From Eimeria praecox (taxonomy: Eukaryota): a stretch of 64,000 nt of DNA. Position numbers and translations under genes: made by a program. The DNA lies in NCBI GenBank assembly GCA_963920595.1, contig OY986949.1:1922001-1986000 (forward strand), read 5' to 3'. Positions within the stretch are counted from its first letter, which is position 1. Every line of letters starts with the position of its first letter. Under the pieces are notes generated by a model. That model was given only the letters and a program-made list of their open reading frames with translations. It was not told the origin of the DNA and did no database searches. Positions 25,457 through 36,261 of the stretch are shown in pieces.

Positions 25457-26228
25457 CTGTTTCGCCACTGAAGAGAGCAGCAGATGCCCCTCCCTATACA
25501 GTCCAAACACTACTGTCAAATGCAACGGCGTTAGAGGCGGATTTCTTTAATGGGCTTCTCAGGGTGAAACGAGGCGAATATAAATAATAAAACTACCATA
25601 TAAGCGTGCAAACAAAAGTATACATTATTCAGATTGCCCTTATTCAACGTATATCTATGCAATTGTTTTAATGTGCTTCTTCTGCCCACCTCTTCCTTAA
25701 AGGGCTTGAAGACGATGGCCTGATACTTCGCCGCCACAACGACAAGCCCCGTAGAATCCTGTATTCTTCCCGGAAGATGTTGAAGTACGCGAATTACACA
25801 CACTACATATCTGTACAGACACCGCAGGAGAGCCCCGATACTCTGTCCACTTGATAAGATACACTATGCACACTGACCCGGAACCAGAAACGCCACAAAA
25901 TAGGACAAAGCAGCAGCCTCGTTAAGTCAACGAAGGGTGAACAACCCAGTCATGCTAGGGTGTACGTACACCCCAGCCCAGAAGGTATGAGATGCACACC
26001 CGTGCACTGCAGCCAACACAGAGGGCCTGAGGTGCACTTCCACCGCAGCCCTTGTGGATTGCCGTGCACATACACTCCAGCTATTCCCCTGCTGACCTAC
26101 CCCACACTCTGCAGACACTTTCCCTCCACCTGCTGCCGCAGCAGCGCCTCCACGCTGGCGAGATACTCGGGGCCCAGCTGGGAGGGCCGCAGGGCGACCG
26201 ATTCCCAACGCTCAATGACGAAGAACAT
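24642..26228 (-). CDS. RPB7: DNA-directed RNA polymerase II subunit RPB7; 4 exons
   Basis: Spliced product: MFFVIERWESVALRPSQLGP...VEGKCLQSVGYVVCV...KYQAIVFKPFKEEVLDAVITDVNKLGLFAQCGPLKVFVS...EIRLKLLGVRFEASQIFAVATTNADYLGPI. This is the canonical RPB7 pattern. Confidence 0.95.
25367..25452. repeat. (AT)~43 microsatellite in an RPB7 intron
   Basis: Perfect AT run seen directly. Confidence 0.97.
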
Positions 26229-27085
26229 TGCAAAACAGATCAACAAATAACACAAGAAAAGATTTGGCGCCGTGCATGCGGCTAGCAGAAAGACGCAAAA
26301 GCCGCCTCAGCTACGCCAGGGGGAGCGGCAGCCGCTCGTGCTGCTGCCGCAGCAACAGCAGCAGCTGATGGCCCTGCAGCATCTGCCGCTGCAGCAGATC
26401 GTGCTGGAGCAGCAACTGCTGCAGCAGTGGTCCCTTCGGTACAGACGCAGGGCAGGAAAGGCAGCCTCAGCGGCAGCTCGGTGCTGCTGCGAGCCCTGAG
26501 GAAGATATTCTGCTCCAGGTGACACTGAAGAGACCCTCCTGCTGCAGCAGCAATGGATACATCTCTTGCAGCTGCAGCAGGAGCTCAAAAAAAATTCCGC
26601 TGCAGTGTAGCTGCATGCAGCTGCATGCAGCGGAAGGGCTGCGACCCTCGCCAGCGACTGCTCTACTGGGGCCCCAAGGGGCCCCTCAAGAACGATTGCA
26701 TTTCTTTCGCTTCAAATGCAAAATTTATTAGCGTTCTATATCTTTAAATTCGGTTAATGACATGTGGCGACGCTGTGTTTGAAGTCGATGCTTCCTTTTG
26801 GGGCACCAACCCCGGGGTGTGCATACACCCCAACTTAGCATAGGCTCCATCTTCGCCTGTGTGCAATAGCGTTCACTACGTTAGTTCATTTGATTTTATC
26901 TTGACGGCCAACGCGCTCTCGGGAGGCCTTCCACAGCTTAGCCCATCTGGAAGTGGAATCAGTAGGCCGCCCTGTTTACTGCAGGATGCGTTGTTAACCG
27001 GGGTTCAGGGCTTGTGATTTGGCGCTGCTAGCCTCTGATTTAGGGTTTATGATTGGGGACGAAGAGTTGCAAGGGTTCTGCAGCA
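26229..27085. promoter_or_regulatory. Divergent promoter region between RPB7 and the SWAP-family gene
   Basis: Head-to-head start codons are ~860 bp apart. The interval contains a double TGCATGCA palindrome (26610-26631), paired GGGGCCCC motifs (~26668-26685) and a GGGGTGT/ACACCCC inverted repeat (26814-26831). Confidence 0.55.
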
Positions 27086-27143
27086 ATGTCATCCTCTGTC
27101 TGGGGGGCGCGAGGGCGAATTGCCAGCTCCTCCAGCAGCAGTG

Positions 27144-27176
<33 letters not shown>

Positions 27177-29537
27177 GCAGCAGCAGCGGCAGCCTCTGCG
27201 TTATAGGAACTGCGTGCCGCTTTGGAAGCAACCGGGAATCAGCTTCTGAAGGGGATAGCCGGCTCATAAAGATAAAGGTGGACGGAGAAGAAGTGTTTGT
27301 GGACCGGCAAGTGTCTCTACACTTGTCTTAGTCTCTATCTCTGTTTCTCTCTTTTTCCGATGTTGGCCTCCGTTTTGCCTCATTTTCTGTGGCTTGTGTT
27401 GGCTTGTGTACATCTGCTCCGCCTCTCCTTAGTCTGCTGCTCCCCTCTGTTTCTTCTCTGCGTTGGCCTTGTCTGGCGCCGTCTCTCTTTATCTATCTAT
27501 TGTGCGTCCTTCGTCGTCTCTGTCTGTCTATCTCTCTATCTATTTATCTATCCCTCCCTCTCTCACTCTCTGCCTCCCTCGCTGTCTCTTTATATCCTTT
27601 CTCTCCTCTGTCCCCCTGTTTGTCCCCTTCACCCCGTTCTCTCTGACTCTGTCTGCTCTGCGGTCTTTTCCGCTACTCTTGCAACTACTGCTGCTCCTGC
27701 TCGTGCTGCTGCAGCTACGATGTGCGGCTCCTGCTGGGGGACGTCTCCTCCTTCGCGCGTCAGAACTGCAGCGAAGAGCGGCGGTTGGCGGAGCTGGAGG
27801 AGAGCCCCGAGATAGAAGACATGCGTTACGAGGTAAATCCTAAACCTTAAACCCTTGTATTGAAGCTGTAGTACAGGGTAAAGACAGACAGTATGTTGGT
27901 CTCTCTCTGTCTTATGTTCTCTACAGGACCTCCCACGGCGCTCGGCCTTCTCCGATGATCTGCCCTCGCCGAAGGAGCAGCAGCAAGAGCAGCAGCAGTG
28001 GACGCCCACGCTAGAGCAGCAGCAGCAGGAACAACAGCAACAAAGGAAGAAACAGCGGACGATGTCTGCAGCAGCAATATCTGCTACTCCCGTCGGCGAG
28101 GAGGCCCCAACGCCGGAGGGGTGAGGTCTTCTTATTATTTGTTGTTTATTCTTGTTTGCTCAAGTGTTTGCCTAAGCTAGAAACAGCAAAACAGCTACAA
28201 AAACAGCACAAGTGCTGACAGTCCCGCTGCAGGGTTTATGTGTGCCCTGTGAGCAGCGCCGACTACAGCGCCGTTCCTCCCCCAGACTCTCTTGACGCCG
28301 TTGCAGGATCCGGAGGTGTGTTGCACTGTAGCCCGTGGCTGACTCTGCTGCTGCTGCTGTAGCTGCGTGAGTGTGCATGGACTCCTGGCGCTGTTGTTGT
28401 AAATGGCATGGGTAATAGGCTACGGGTGTAGCTAATAGCTGCAGGGGCTGGCATTGGATATGCTAGTTGCTTCTGCTATCGTGCTGCTGCTGCTGCTGCT
28501 GCTGCAGCAAGTGACCCGACGACTTCCCCCGTGTCGGATCAGCGCGAACGCGGCGCTGCAGTGGCAGCAGGAACAAAGGAGGAAGAAGCAGAAGGGCCGC
28601 CTTCGGAAGACAGCAGTTGTGGTGCTGCAGGACTCAACGCCCAAGCCGACCAGTCTTCTCAACAGAATCCCCAACAACCTGGCAAGCAGCAGGAGCAGCA
28701 GAACAGCGAGTGCTTTGTGCCCCCTTTCCCAGACTTGCCGGCCGGTATTTGCCTCCCCGAAAACCTTAAGGAGTATTTAGTGGTTGAGCGGACAGCACAC
28801 TTCGTCCGCGAGGTAAGCTGTAAAACAATATCTGCACACGGTTCAAGGGTTTTATTACTTGGGGTTTAGGGAATTGGGGGTTTGGGGTTTAGGGTTTACG
28901 CGGTTCATTATTTAAGTTTTAGGGGATTGAACGGTTAGGGTTTAGGCGGTCTACCGCTAATGGTTTAGGGGGATCTAGTGTTTTAACTTTCTTTATTGGC
29001 CTCCACTGGATGGCCGCTGTAGCAACAGCTCATAGAAAAACTGTTGGCATGCAGAAAATGTTTGGAGTGTGCTGCTTTGCTGCTGCTGTTGCGCTGCAGG
29101 AGGGCGAGCGTATGGAGTTTCGTTTGCTGCTGGATAAGGAGAGTCGACTTCCGTTTCTGTCTTCAACTCACCGCCTGTACCCCTTTTACACTTGGCTCAA
29201 AAAACAAGGACATTCTTTGGTCACACGCGGAGCTGCGTTGTTACCGGCGCGCGTCAAAGCGTTGCTTGAATTCGCCTATTCTTTGGGGTGTACAGCGGAC
29301 CTGAACAAGCAGCAGCAGGAGGAGCAGAAACCGCAACAACAGAATGCAGAAGTCAAAAATGAAGACGAGGAAACCCAGGTGCAGCAGCAGAAGCAGAAGC
29401 AACAAACGCAGCAACAGCAACTGCCCAAGCACGACCCTGATGGCGGGCTGGGACTGTTGCTCTCTTATGGCAGTGACGAGGAAGAGGACGACGCTGCCTC
29501 TCCACAGCAACAGCCAAAGGAAGAAGAGGAGCAGAAA

Positions 29538-29575
<38 letters not shown>

Positions 29576-31784
29576 GCAGCAGCAGGATGGCACCGAGCAA
29601 CAGCAGTGTCAAACAAAAACACAAGAGGGCGGCAGCTTGAAAATGAGCCCCCCACCGCCACCACCATTGAAGAAAAAGCCTCCTCCTGCCCCGCCCTTGC
29701 CCTCTGCAAAACCAGCAGCATCAGCAGCAGCGAGCCCAGCAGCAACAACAGCAGCAGCGGGAGACGATGGGAGCGACGACCAGGGAGAGGAGTCTGAGGA
29801 CTCGGAGGATGATGGCGACACTTGCAGCGACTCGAAAGACTTGACTGCCATGTGGCGTTCTCTACGTGTAACGCGTTTCTCCTTGACGAAGAAAAGGCCT
29901 CTACCTCTCGCCATCGACCGTGAAGAGGGGCCAGAAGAAGAAGACATTGACATCATGATGGATGCCCTCCCAAAAAAGGCTCCTTGGGCACAGCCCAACA
30001 ACAAACTAGGGCTTTCTAAGGTGTGCCATTACGCAGTCCCTCCTGCTCCTGCTGCGGTTCCTGCTTCCGCTGCTCGTGCTCTTACTTCTGCTGCTGCTGC
30101 TTCTGCTGCTGGTGCTGCTGCTGCTGAGGCTAAGGCACGACGAAGGGGTCTTTGCGCCAATAGGTCTGTGCTGCCGAGCTCTTTGTGCTGAAGAGATGGC
30201 TCCTAAACCCTAAACCCTAAAATGCCAAATCAATGTAGCGGAAGGAAGGCGAGAAGAGTGCTGGTGTAGCAGGCTAAGATTTATATTTCGAGTCTTGGGG
30301 TTTATTTTCGAGGATCTGCTTCGTTCGTGTGTCTGTTTAGGCCTCTGCCCTCTCCATACAGCAGCTGGGGCACCAACTGCTGTCTGCAGGGGACCTTTCG
30401 CTTGTTCAACACGCTAAAACGGCAAGTCTGGTTCCCAGGTTTTGGGATGGGGCTGAGTGCAAGCAGTTGTATTCATGCATGCTTGGATGCAAGGGCCTGC
30501 ATTGTTTTGGGGGCTGCAAATGGATTGTGGGTTTCTGCAGTACGAAGACGACGCTTCTTCTTTTCCCTTTCTCCGAACTTCCTCCATGGACCTGCGATAC
30601 TTCAGGTGACTGTTCAATGCAGAGACAGCCGGAAGCGGCAACAGCAGCAGCGGCAGCATCTATAACAACTGCACTAGCAGCAGTAGGGGCAGTAGCCGGA
30701 ACAGCGGTAGCAGCAGCAGCAGCAGCAGAAGCTTCAGCAATTTGAAGGACGCTTTGTTTGTATTTGATTGATACAGATACGTGCTGAAATGCGTAGAGAC
30801 AGAAATTCAAAAGCATGGGTTCATCAAGCCCAAACCGCTGCCAGGACCTACTCATGAATTGGTCGGCCGCAATTAGCATTAAATCGATACACTTCGGCGC
30901 TTCAAACCCTAAAGACATTTGCTGCTGCACAGACACTTGCTGCACTGCTTGCATCGTCAGTGGGGGCCCCCGGCGGCTGCTGCGTTACCACGGCGCATGC
31001 TTCTGCTGCCGACAGCCTGCCACTGCTGCGTCTGCATCTGCTGCTACTTTTGCTGCCGCTGTTGCTGTGCTTTCAGGCTCGGAGTTTCATGGCGCGGCTG
31101 CAGCTAGACCACCACCTGCAACAGCGGAAGCAGAAGCTGTTGGAGGAGTGCAAACGGCTATCTGGCGAAACGCAGGAGAATCAGGCATTGGACTATCTGA
31201 AGCGAGTGGAAGTAGCAGCAGCAGGAGCTCCTGCAGCAGGAGTAGCCGGGAGCGGTGCCAACAAGAGTTGTACTGACAACGCAGCCGCTGGTGGTGCAGC
31301 AACCGCAGCGGCAGCGGCAGCGGCAGCAACGCCAGCGGTTGCAGCAGGAGCAGCAGCAGCACACGACGTCGGGGCTGCCGCAGCACCAGCAGCGGAGCTT
31401 GAGACAGCTGCCGCTGACCCTGCTACTGGGGCGTATTATGCTGCATCACAGAGCCAGCTGCCCCCCGAAACCGCAGCACACTTACAGATGCTGGTGCAGC
31501 AGATGGCGGCAGCCAGCGCTGCAGACGATGCAGCGACGTACATGGCGTGTTACACGGCATACTGCTACGCACTTGCTGGTCTGTCTCCGGAGGCAGCAGC
31601 AGCAGCAACGGCAGCGACAGCGGCAGCGACTGCAGCAGCATCAACAGCAACAACAGCAGCGGCGACGGCAGCAACAACAACAGCAGCTGCTGCAGCAACA
31701 ACAGTAACAGCAGCGCCAACTGTGACAACAACCCCGTTGGATGTGGAGGGCGTATCTGAGACCCCACAAAAGGTTGCGCCGTAG
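27086..31784 (+). CDS. SFSWAP: Suppressor-of-white-apricot-like splicing regulator (DRY_EERY + SURP domains)
   Basis: Spliced N-terminus LCVIGTACRF...VFVDR|YDVRLLL...EIEDMRYE|DLP is a DRY_EERY domain. VVERTAHFVRE|EGERMEFRLL...LPFLSSTHRLYPFYTWLK is a SURP domain. A probable second SURP lies at 30341-30605. Poly-S/Q/A runs are present. The 3' exon structure is not fully resolved. Confidence 0.82.
28841..28971. repeat. Degenerate interstitial telomere-like (TTTAGGG) cluster in an intron
   Basis: Several GGGTTTAGGG/GGGGTTT units. Smaller clusters occur at ~25023-25052, 27834-27855, 30202-30221, ~32200-32240, ~33459-33490 and ~34274-34290. Confidence 0.8.
29538..29585 (+). repeat. CAG/CAA repeat encoding poly-Gln in a SWAP exon
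   Basis: Seen directly; representative of many CAG-derived homopolymer tracts in the window. Confidence 0.9.
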
Positions 31785-31931
31785 AGGAACGTTGACACCA
31801 GCAGCAGCAGCAGCAGCGACAGCCCTGGCAGCGAACCCATTGGCTCTGGATGCCATTGAGGGGGAGCAGCAGCTGAGTGTTCGGACTGAAGGGAAGTTTT
31901 TAGCGGATAAATATTACTGCAGAAGACTGAA

Positions 31932-31954
31932 AGAGAGAGAGAGAGAGAGAGAGA
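31932..31954. repeat. (GA)~11 microsatellite
   Basis: Seen directly. Confidence 0.9.
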
Positions 31955-32380
31955 CCAGACAGGCCAGGGGTGTTGCCCCCAATTGGAGCTCATGAGGCCT
32001 CCTCACTGGAGAGGGACTCTTTGGTTTAATAGGGAGATTCCGGAGGACTATTAAATGCAGTTAATCATTAACGTTGCCTACTCTTCCATTGACAGGAACG
32101 TTTGCTGCCGGTACAGGTCTTTTGCGTTGAATCGAGTTGAGCTGTTGGCCTCGTGGCAGGGGATGACTCCCACCGCAGTGCCCTAGCTAGTGTACGCATG
32201 CTAAACCCTCGAGGCCACTAATGAAATCCCAAACCCTAAACAACGATGTGATTTTTTTTATTGCATGCGTTTGACGCCGGATTAAAGGCTTCAAGAAACT
32301 GTCATCAGTCAGGGGGTCGAGCCTCCCAGGAGATATGTCTCGCTTGGATGCAGCAATCGTAGTAATGGTTCTACTGCGCA

Positions 32381-34024
32381 TCACGTGTCTGGAGCCAGTA
32401 GAGGGTCAGTTGGATCAGTTGCTTTTGGCTCATGCAGTTTGAGTAGACGGCGATCAACGAAAGGCTCGTCGGGAATAATAGCCTCCCACACTCTTCGCTG
32501 GGCATATAGCACATCTCCGAAGGCCTCGGCTGCAGCAAACTGCGAGGTAAAACAGATCAGCAGCAACAGCAACAGCAACAGCAACAAGAGCAATCGTTGC
32601 GGGCTGCATGCATGCTACAGGGGACATAAGGAGGCTAAGCAGACAGCCAACTCTTACCCGCTCCTCTGCGGTCACAGGGACATCATCGATCTGCAGCAGC
32701 TGCGGCAGCATATGCACACAGTGCAGCCGCCAATGAGGAAAAGAGGCCATCGGTCCTGGGGATACCTGCAGGCTTTGCAGGGCCTCTGTTGACTTCAGCG
32801 GTGACAGCTGCAGCGGTTGTTCCAGACCAAGATTCTCCTGTATGTGCAGCTTTCGCAACAGGCCGTTCCTGCCGAGCCCCAGCGGCTCGAGCGACTCCAA
32901 CTTGTTGCCCTGTTCAAACAGAAGACAAGGCATATAAAATGATCTTTTGTATATTTGTTATGCATTTCTTCTAGAGCCAGCAGACCCCCTCAGTCGGCGG
33001 CAACAGAAGGAGGAGGAAGGGGCGGACCTCCGCATGAAGGACGACCACATGGGGAGCTCGTTGAATGCCCTCGAGACTTTTCAGCTGATTGTTGCTGACG
33101 CTGAGGGTGTCTAGACACTTGAGATGGGGCAGGTACTCGAGCGAGTCAATTGCATTATTGCATATATCCAGTTCCCTCAGCAAGCTATTCCTGTCTAAGC
33201 AACCTTCCTTTAAAGAGGTTATTCGGTTGCCCGCAAGCCGCAGCACACGCAAACGGAGGTTGAATTGCCAGTCTCCTAAGCACATAAATTCAAATCACAA
33301 GCCAAAAGGGAGGCGCCCAGCCGCCGGCTCAACCCGTGGCTCGCTGCCTGATCACCTCTCCACGCAGTGCATCTTAGCTGCAATTCTCTTCGTTTCTTCT
33401 GCTTTAGGCATAGAAGTGGCGTTTAATGCAGTGTTGTTAGGTAACGGTACACTTAATAGGCTAGGGTTTAGGGTGTATAGTTCAAGGTTTCTTTGTGCCA
33501 CCTAGAGCTGTGATATGGTTGTTGCTGAGGTCGACATGCTCCAGTTTGGGATTCGCAGAGAGTTCGGCGGCAGATTCGATTTGGTTGTTTCGAGCGTCAA
33601 GGCGAACGAGATTTGCAGCGAGACGAACAGGGTAAAGGCTGCTGAGCTTATTGTGAGACACATCGAGGAGGAGCAGTTTGGTGAAATCGCAGAGCAGAAC
33701 CAGCTGCCGCAGACCCCGTCCCGCCAGCGAAAGACAAACGTTCCCCAACCGCCCTTCTGGCGGCGTCTGCTGCAGCCCGCTGAGGCCTTCTTTGAGCCAC
33801 GCGGCACACTCTTCAGAAGAAGGAAACTGCAACAGCAACGCAGTCCGAGTGATAGGAGTGTCAGTGAAACACAAACTGTGCACAAGGCTCTGCCACTGTT
33901 GGGCAGCTGCTAAATCAGCCGAGTCGAGGCCCCAACAATAAGAGCATTCAACGGGCCATCAGGGCTTCACCAGGGGCGTGGGCCTCGCTAGCTGCAAGGA
34001 AGCTGAGAGTCTCCTTGCTTCCAT
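32381..34024 (-). CDS. Leucine-rich repeat protein (SDS22-type LRRs + LRRcap), LRRC23/LRGUK-like, probably axonemal
   Basis: Exons give LLLLDVSHNKLSSL, LVRLDARNNQI, LEHVDLSNNHI, LRVLRLAGNRI, LRELDICNNAI, LDTLSVSNNQL and the cap HWRLHCVHMLPQLLQIDDVPVTAEER. The start at 34024 is tentative and the subfamily is inference. Confidence 0.8.
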
Positions 34025-36261
34025 GTGGGCTCGTTGCCCAACTCAGCACAGCTACAGTCTTCGTCCCTACATCTACTAATTTCTTTTAATTTATTTGCGG
34101 CAAGCGCCTCTTTCCACATTAGGGACTTAGTGAGCCGCGTTGCAGGTTCGTCGGGCTATCCCGGTGGCGGGCACATATGCAAGAGTAAGCACCTCAAGGC
34201 GGCACCAATGCGGTGTCCTGATCTGTCTCTAGCTATTTTAAGGGATATGTTGTAAGCAGGCTAAGCCAGTCAATAACCCTAAACCCTGAAATCTGGATAG
34301 GCCTAAGAGGTACACCGAAGGGGTCCTATTGCAGTGCCCATTTAGTAGCAGTTTTGCCGAAGATCAAGTTAAGCACGACCTGATTAGATTTGGGGTGAAG
34401 GCACTGTCACAGTTGAGGAGCGGAAGATGCGGTGTGCGAATAGCTAAATGTGCCTTTCTATGAGGTCACATAGGATCATGATCTGTTTCTTAATCTGCAG
34501 TAAGACGTGGCTTGTGGGGCGAGCGTTGCTGGGTAGTGGTAATTGAATTAACGGGCTTTCTTTTTCTTTATTTAGATAGGAGTTCTTACTGTCGCTTCTT
34601 CTGCTGGGTCCTCCTCCAGGGACCTTCTAAAGGGCCAGCCGCCGCCCGAGTCGGCGGCCATATCTGTGAGAGAAACCTCACGTCGAGATACGGGTTGAAG
34701 AAAACAATGTGTCTACGAGTGCACTGAGATGAAATATAGTTTGAAATGCAGTCAAATGTTTTTTTTAATGTAGAAGAACACAGATGCTGAGGAGATTGTC
34801 CTTCAAGACTAAGAAAACTGAAGGCGGGGCCCACAGCGTTCGATGAGACAGACCCTCCTCCCCGCTCGGAGCTGTCTGCAGATACCCAGCCGCCGGTTTC
34901 ATACAAACTGGTAATATAGAAGTCTTCTCAATCCCCTTGAACTCTCTACCAAATTCAGAGCTTAATATTCTTCCTTACTTTCGGTGGGCAGAGTAGCTCA
35001 CCATCACTTTCGCGCCACCGTCCGCTGGCGAGGTCACCGTTCCCTTGGAGACGCAGGAGGCTCGCAACACAAGCGCCGACTGTCTTTCGCCTGTGTCCAA
35101 AGAATCTCAATTTGGTTTAAGTAAGCCCAATACCTCTAAAGCGGCACATGCGCCAGAAGACTGTTCAACTACTAAGGACCAGCACAGCTACCTGAATAAG
35201 TCTTTCGCTTCTCCCCTCCCTATGTCAGTAGGGCAGAAGCTTGAACGTTCATCTTCTTTAGTATTAAATGGTGTGTCTATACAAATAACACAGTTGGCCA
35301 AGCAACTCAGCCGGCACCTCGCCCTGTGAAACACGTTCCCCTCCCTGTCGGTTTATAGCCTGCCGCCCTAGAATCTCTAAACAACTACCGAGAGTGCCGT
35401 GTGCCCCACAGAGCAGCATACCACCACAGCTCAATGAACAAAAGCCGTTAAACAGTCCTTTAACAACTGAGTAAAGTGTCTTGTGAGACAAACAAAGTGT
35501 GTCCCCAAGTCGAAATGTCCCCCACCTGCAGAACAACATGTTCCAAGAATTAAACAACGGGTTATCAGAATTAAGCAGACGTCCTAACATTAAACACAGT
35601 CCCTCCGCAATCCAAGTATCTTAAACAACTTAAATGAGTGTCTTCATAACTAAACATCGCCTTTAGCGCTGCTCCTTCCCCATCATCATGCGGAGGTTCC
35701 AATGTTGGGCGCAGGGCAGGAAAGCTGACAGCCGAGGCCCTGACCTGTGAAGACACGTGCCCCCCTGCCGTCCATGAAGGAGATTGTAGATGTGCATGCA
35801 TTTTAATCCTCAAACAGACACTTAAGAAGAGCTGCGCCTGGCAAATAGCCACGTACACTAGGAGATAGCCACCTTCTCCCGCCTGTACCTGCACCCGGCT
35901 CCGTTTTGCGACCTTTGGCGCTCCGCCCTAATTTACCTGCTGCAGTCCTTGCTGCAGCAGCGTGCAGCCCTGGTTGTGGTAGCCCTTTGTGCAGACCTTG
36001 TTGCATCCGTTGTTGCAGCCATTGCTACAGTCCTCGCTGCAGTCCTTGCCACAGCTGTCTCTGTTGCTCTCAGCAGCAGTGAAAGCAGCAGATAAAGCAG
36101 GAGCTGGCCATAGAGCAAAGAGCGAAGAGAGTGATTTGCAGCGTCATCTCCCGAGGCGGTGCCGAAGAAGAGCCAAAGCCTTTGGCACGCGATGCATCTT
36201 TGGCGCCCACTCTTGACCATGGGGACGAGAGAAGCTCACGCCCCCAAGTAAAAGACTTGTC

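Noticed and set aside
25324..25506. ORF with a YI dipeptide repeat
   Set aside because: Translation of the intronic (AT)n microsatellite.
35520..35590. NPLFNSWN resembling a pectin acetylesterase/Notum motif
   Set aside because: The following YCDG and GxSAG motifs were not found.
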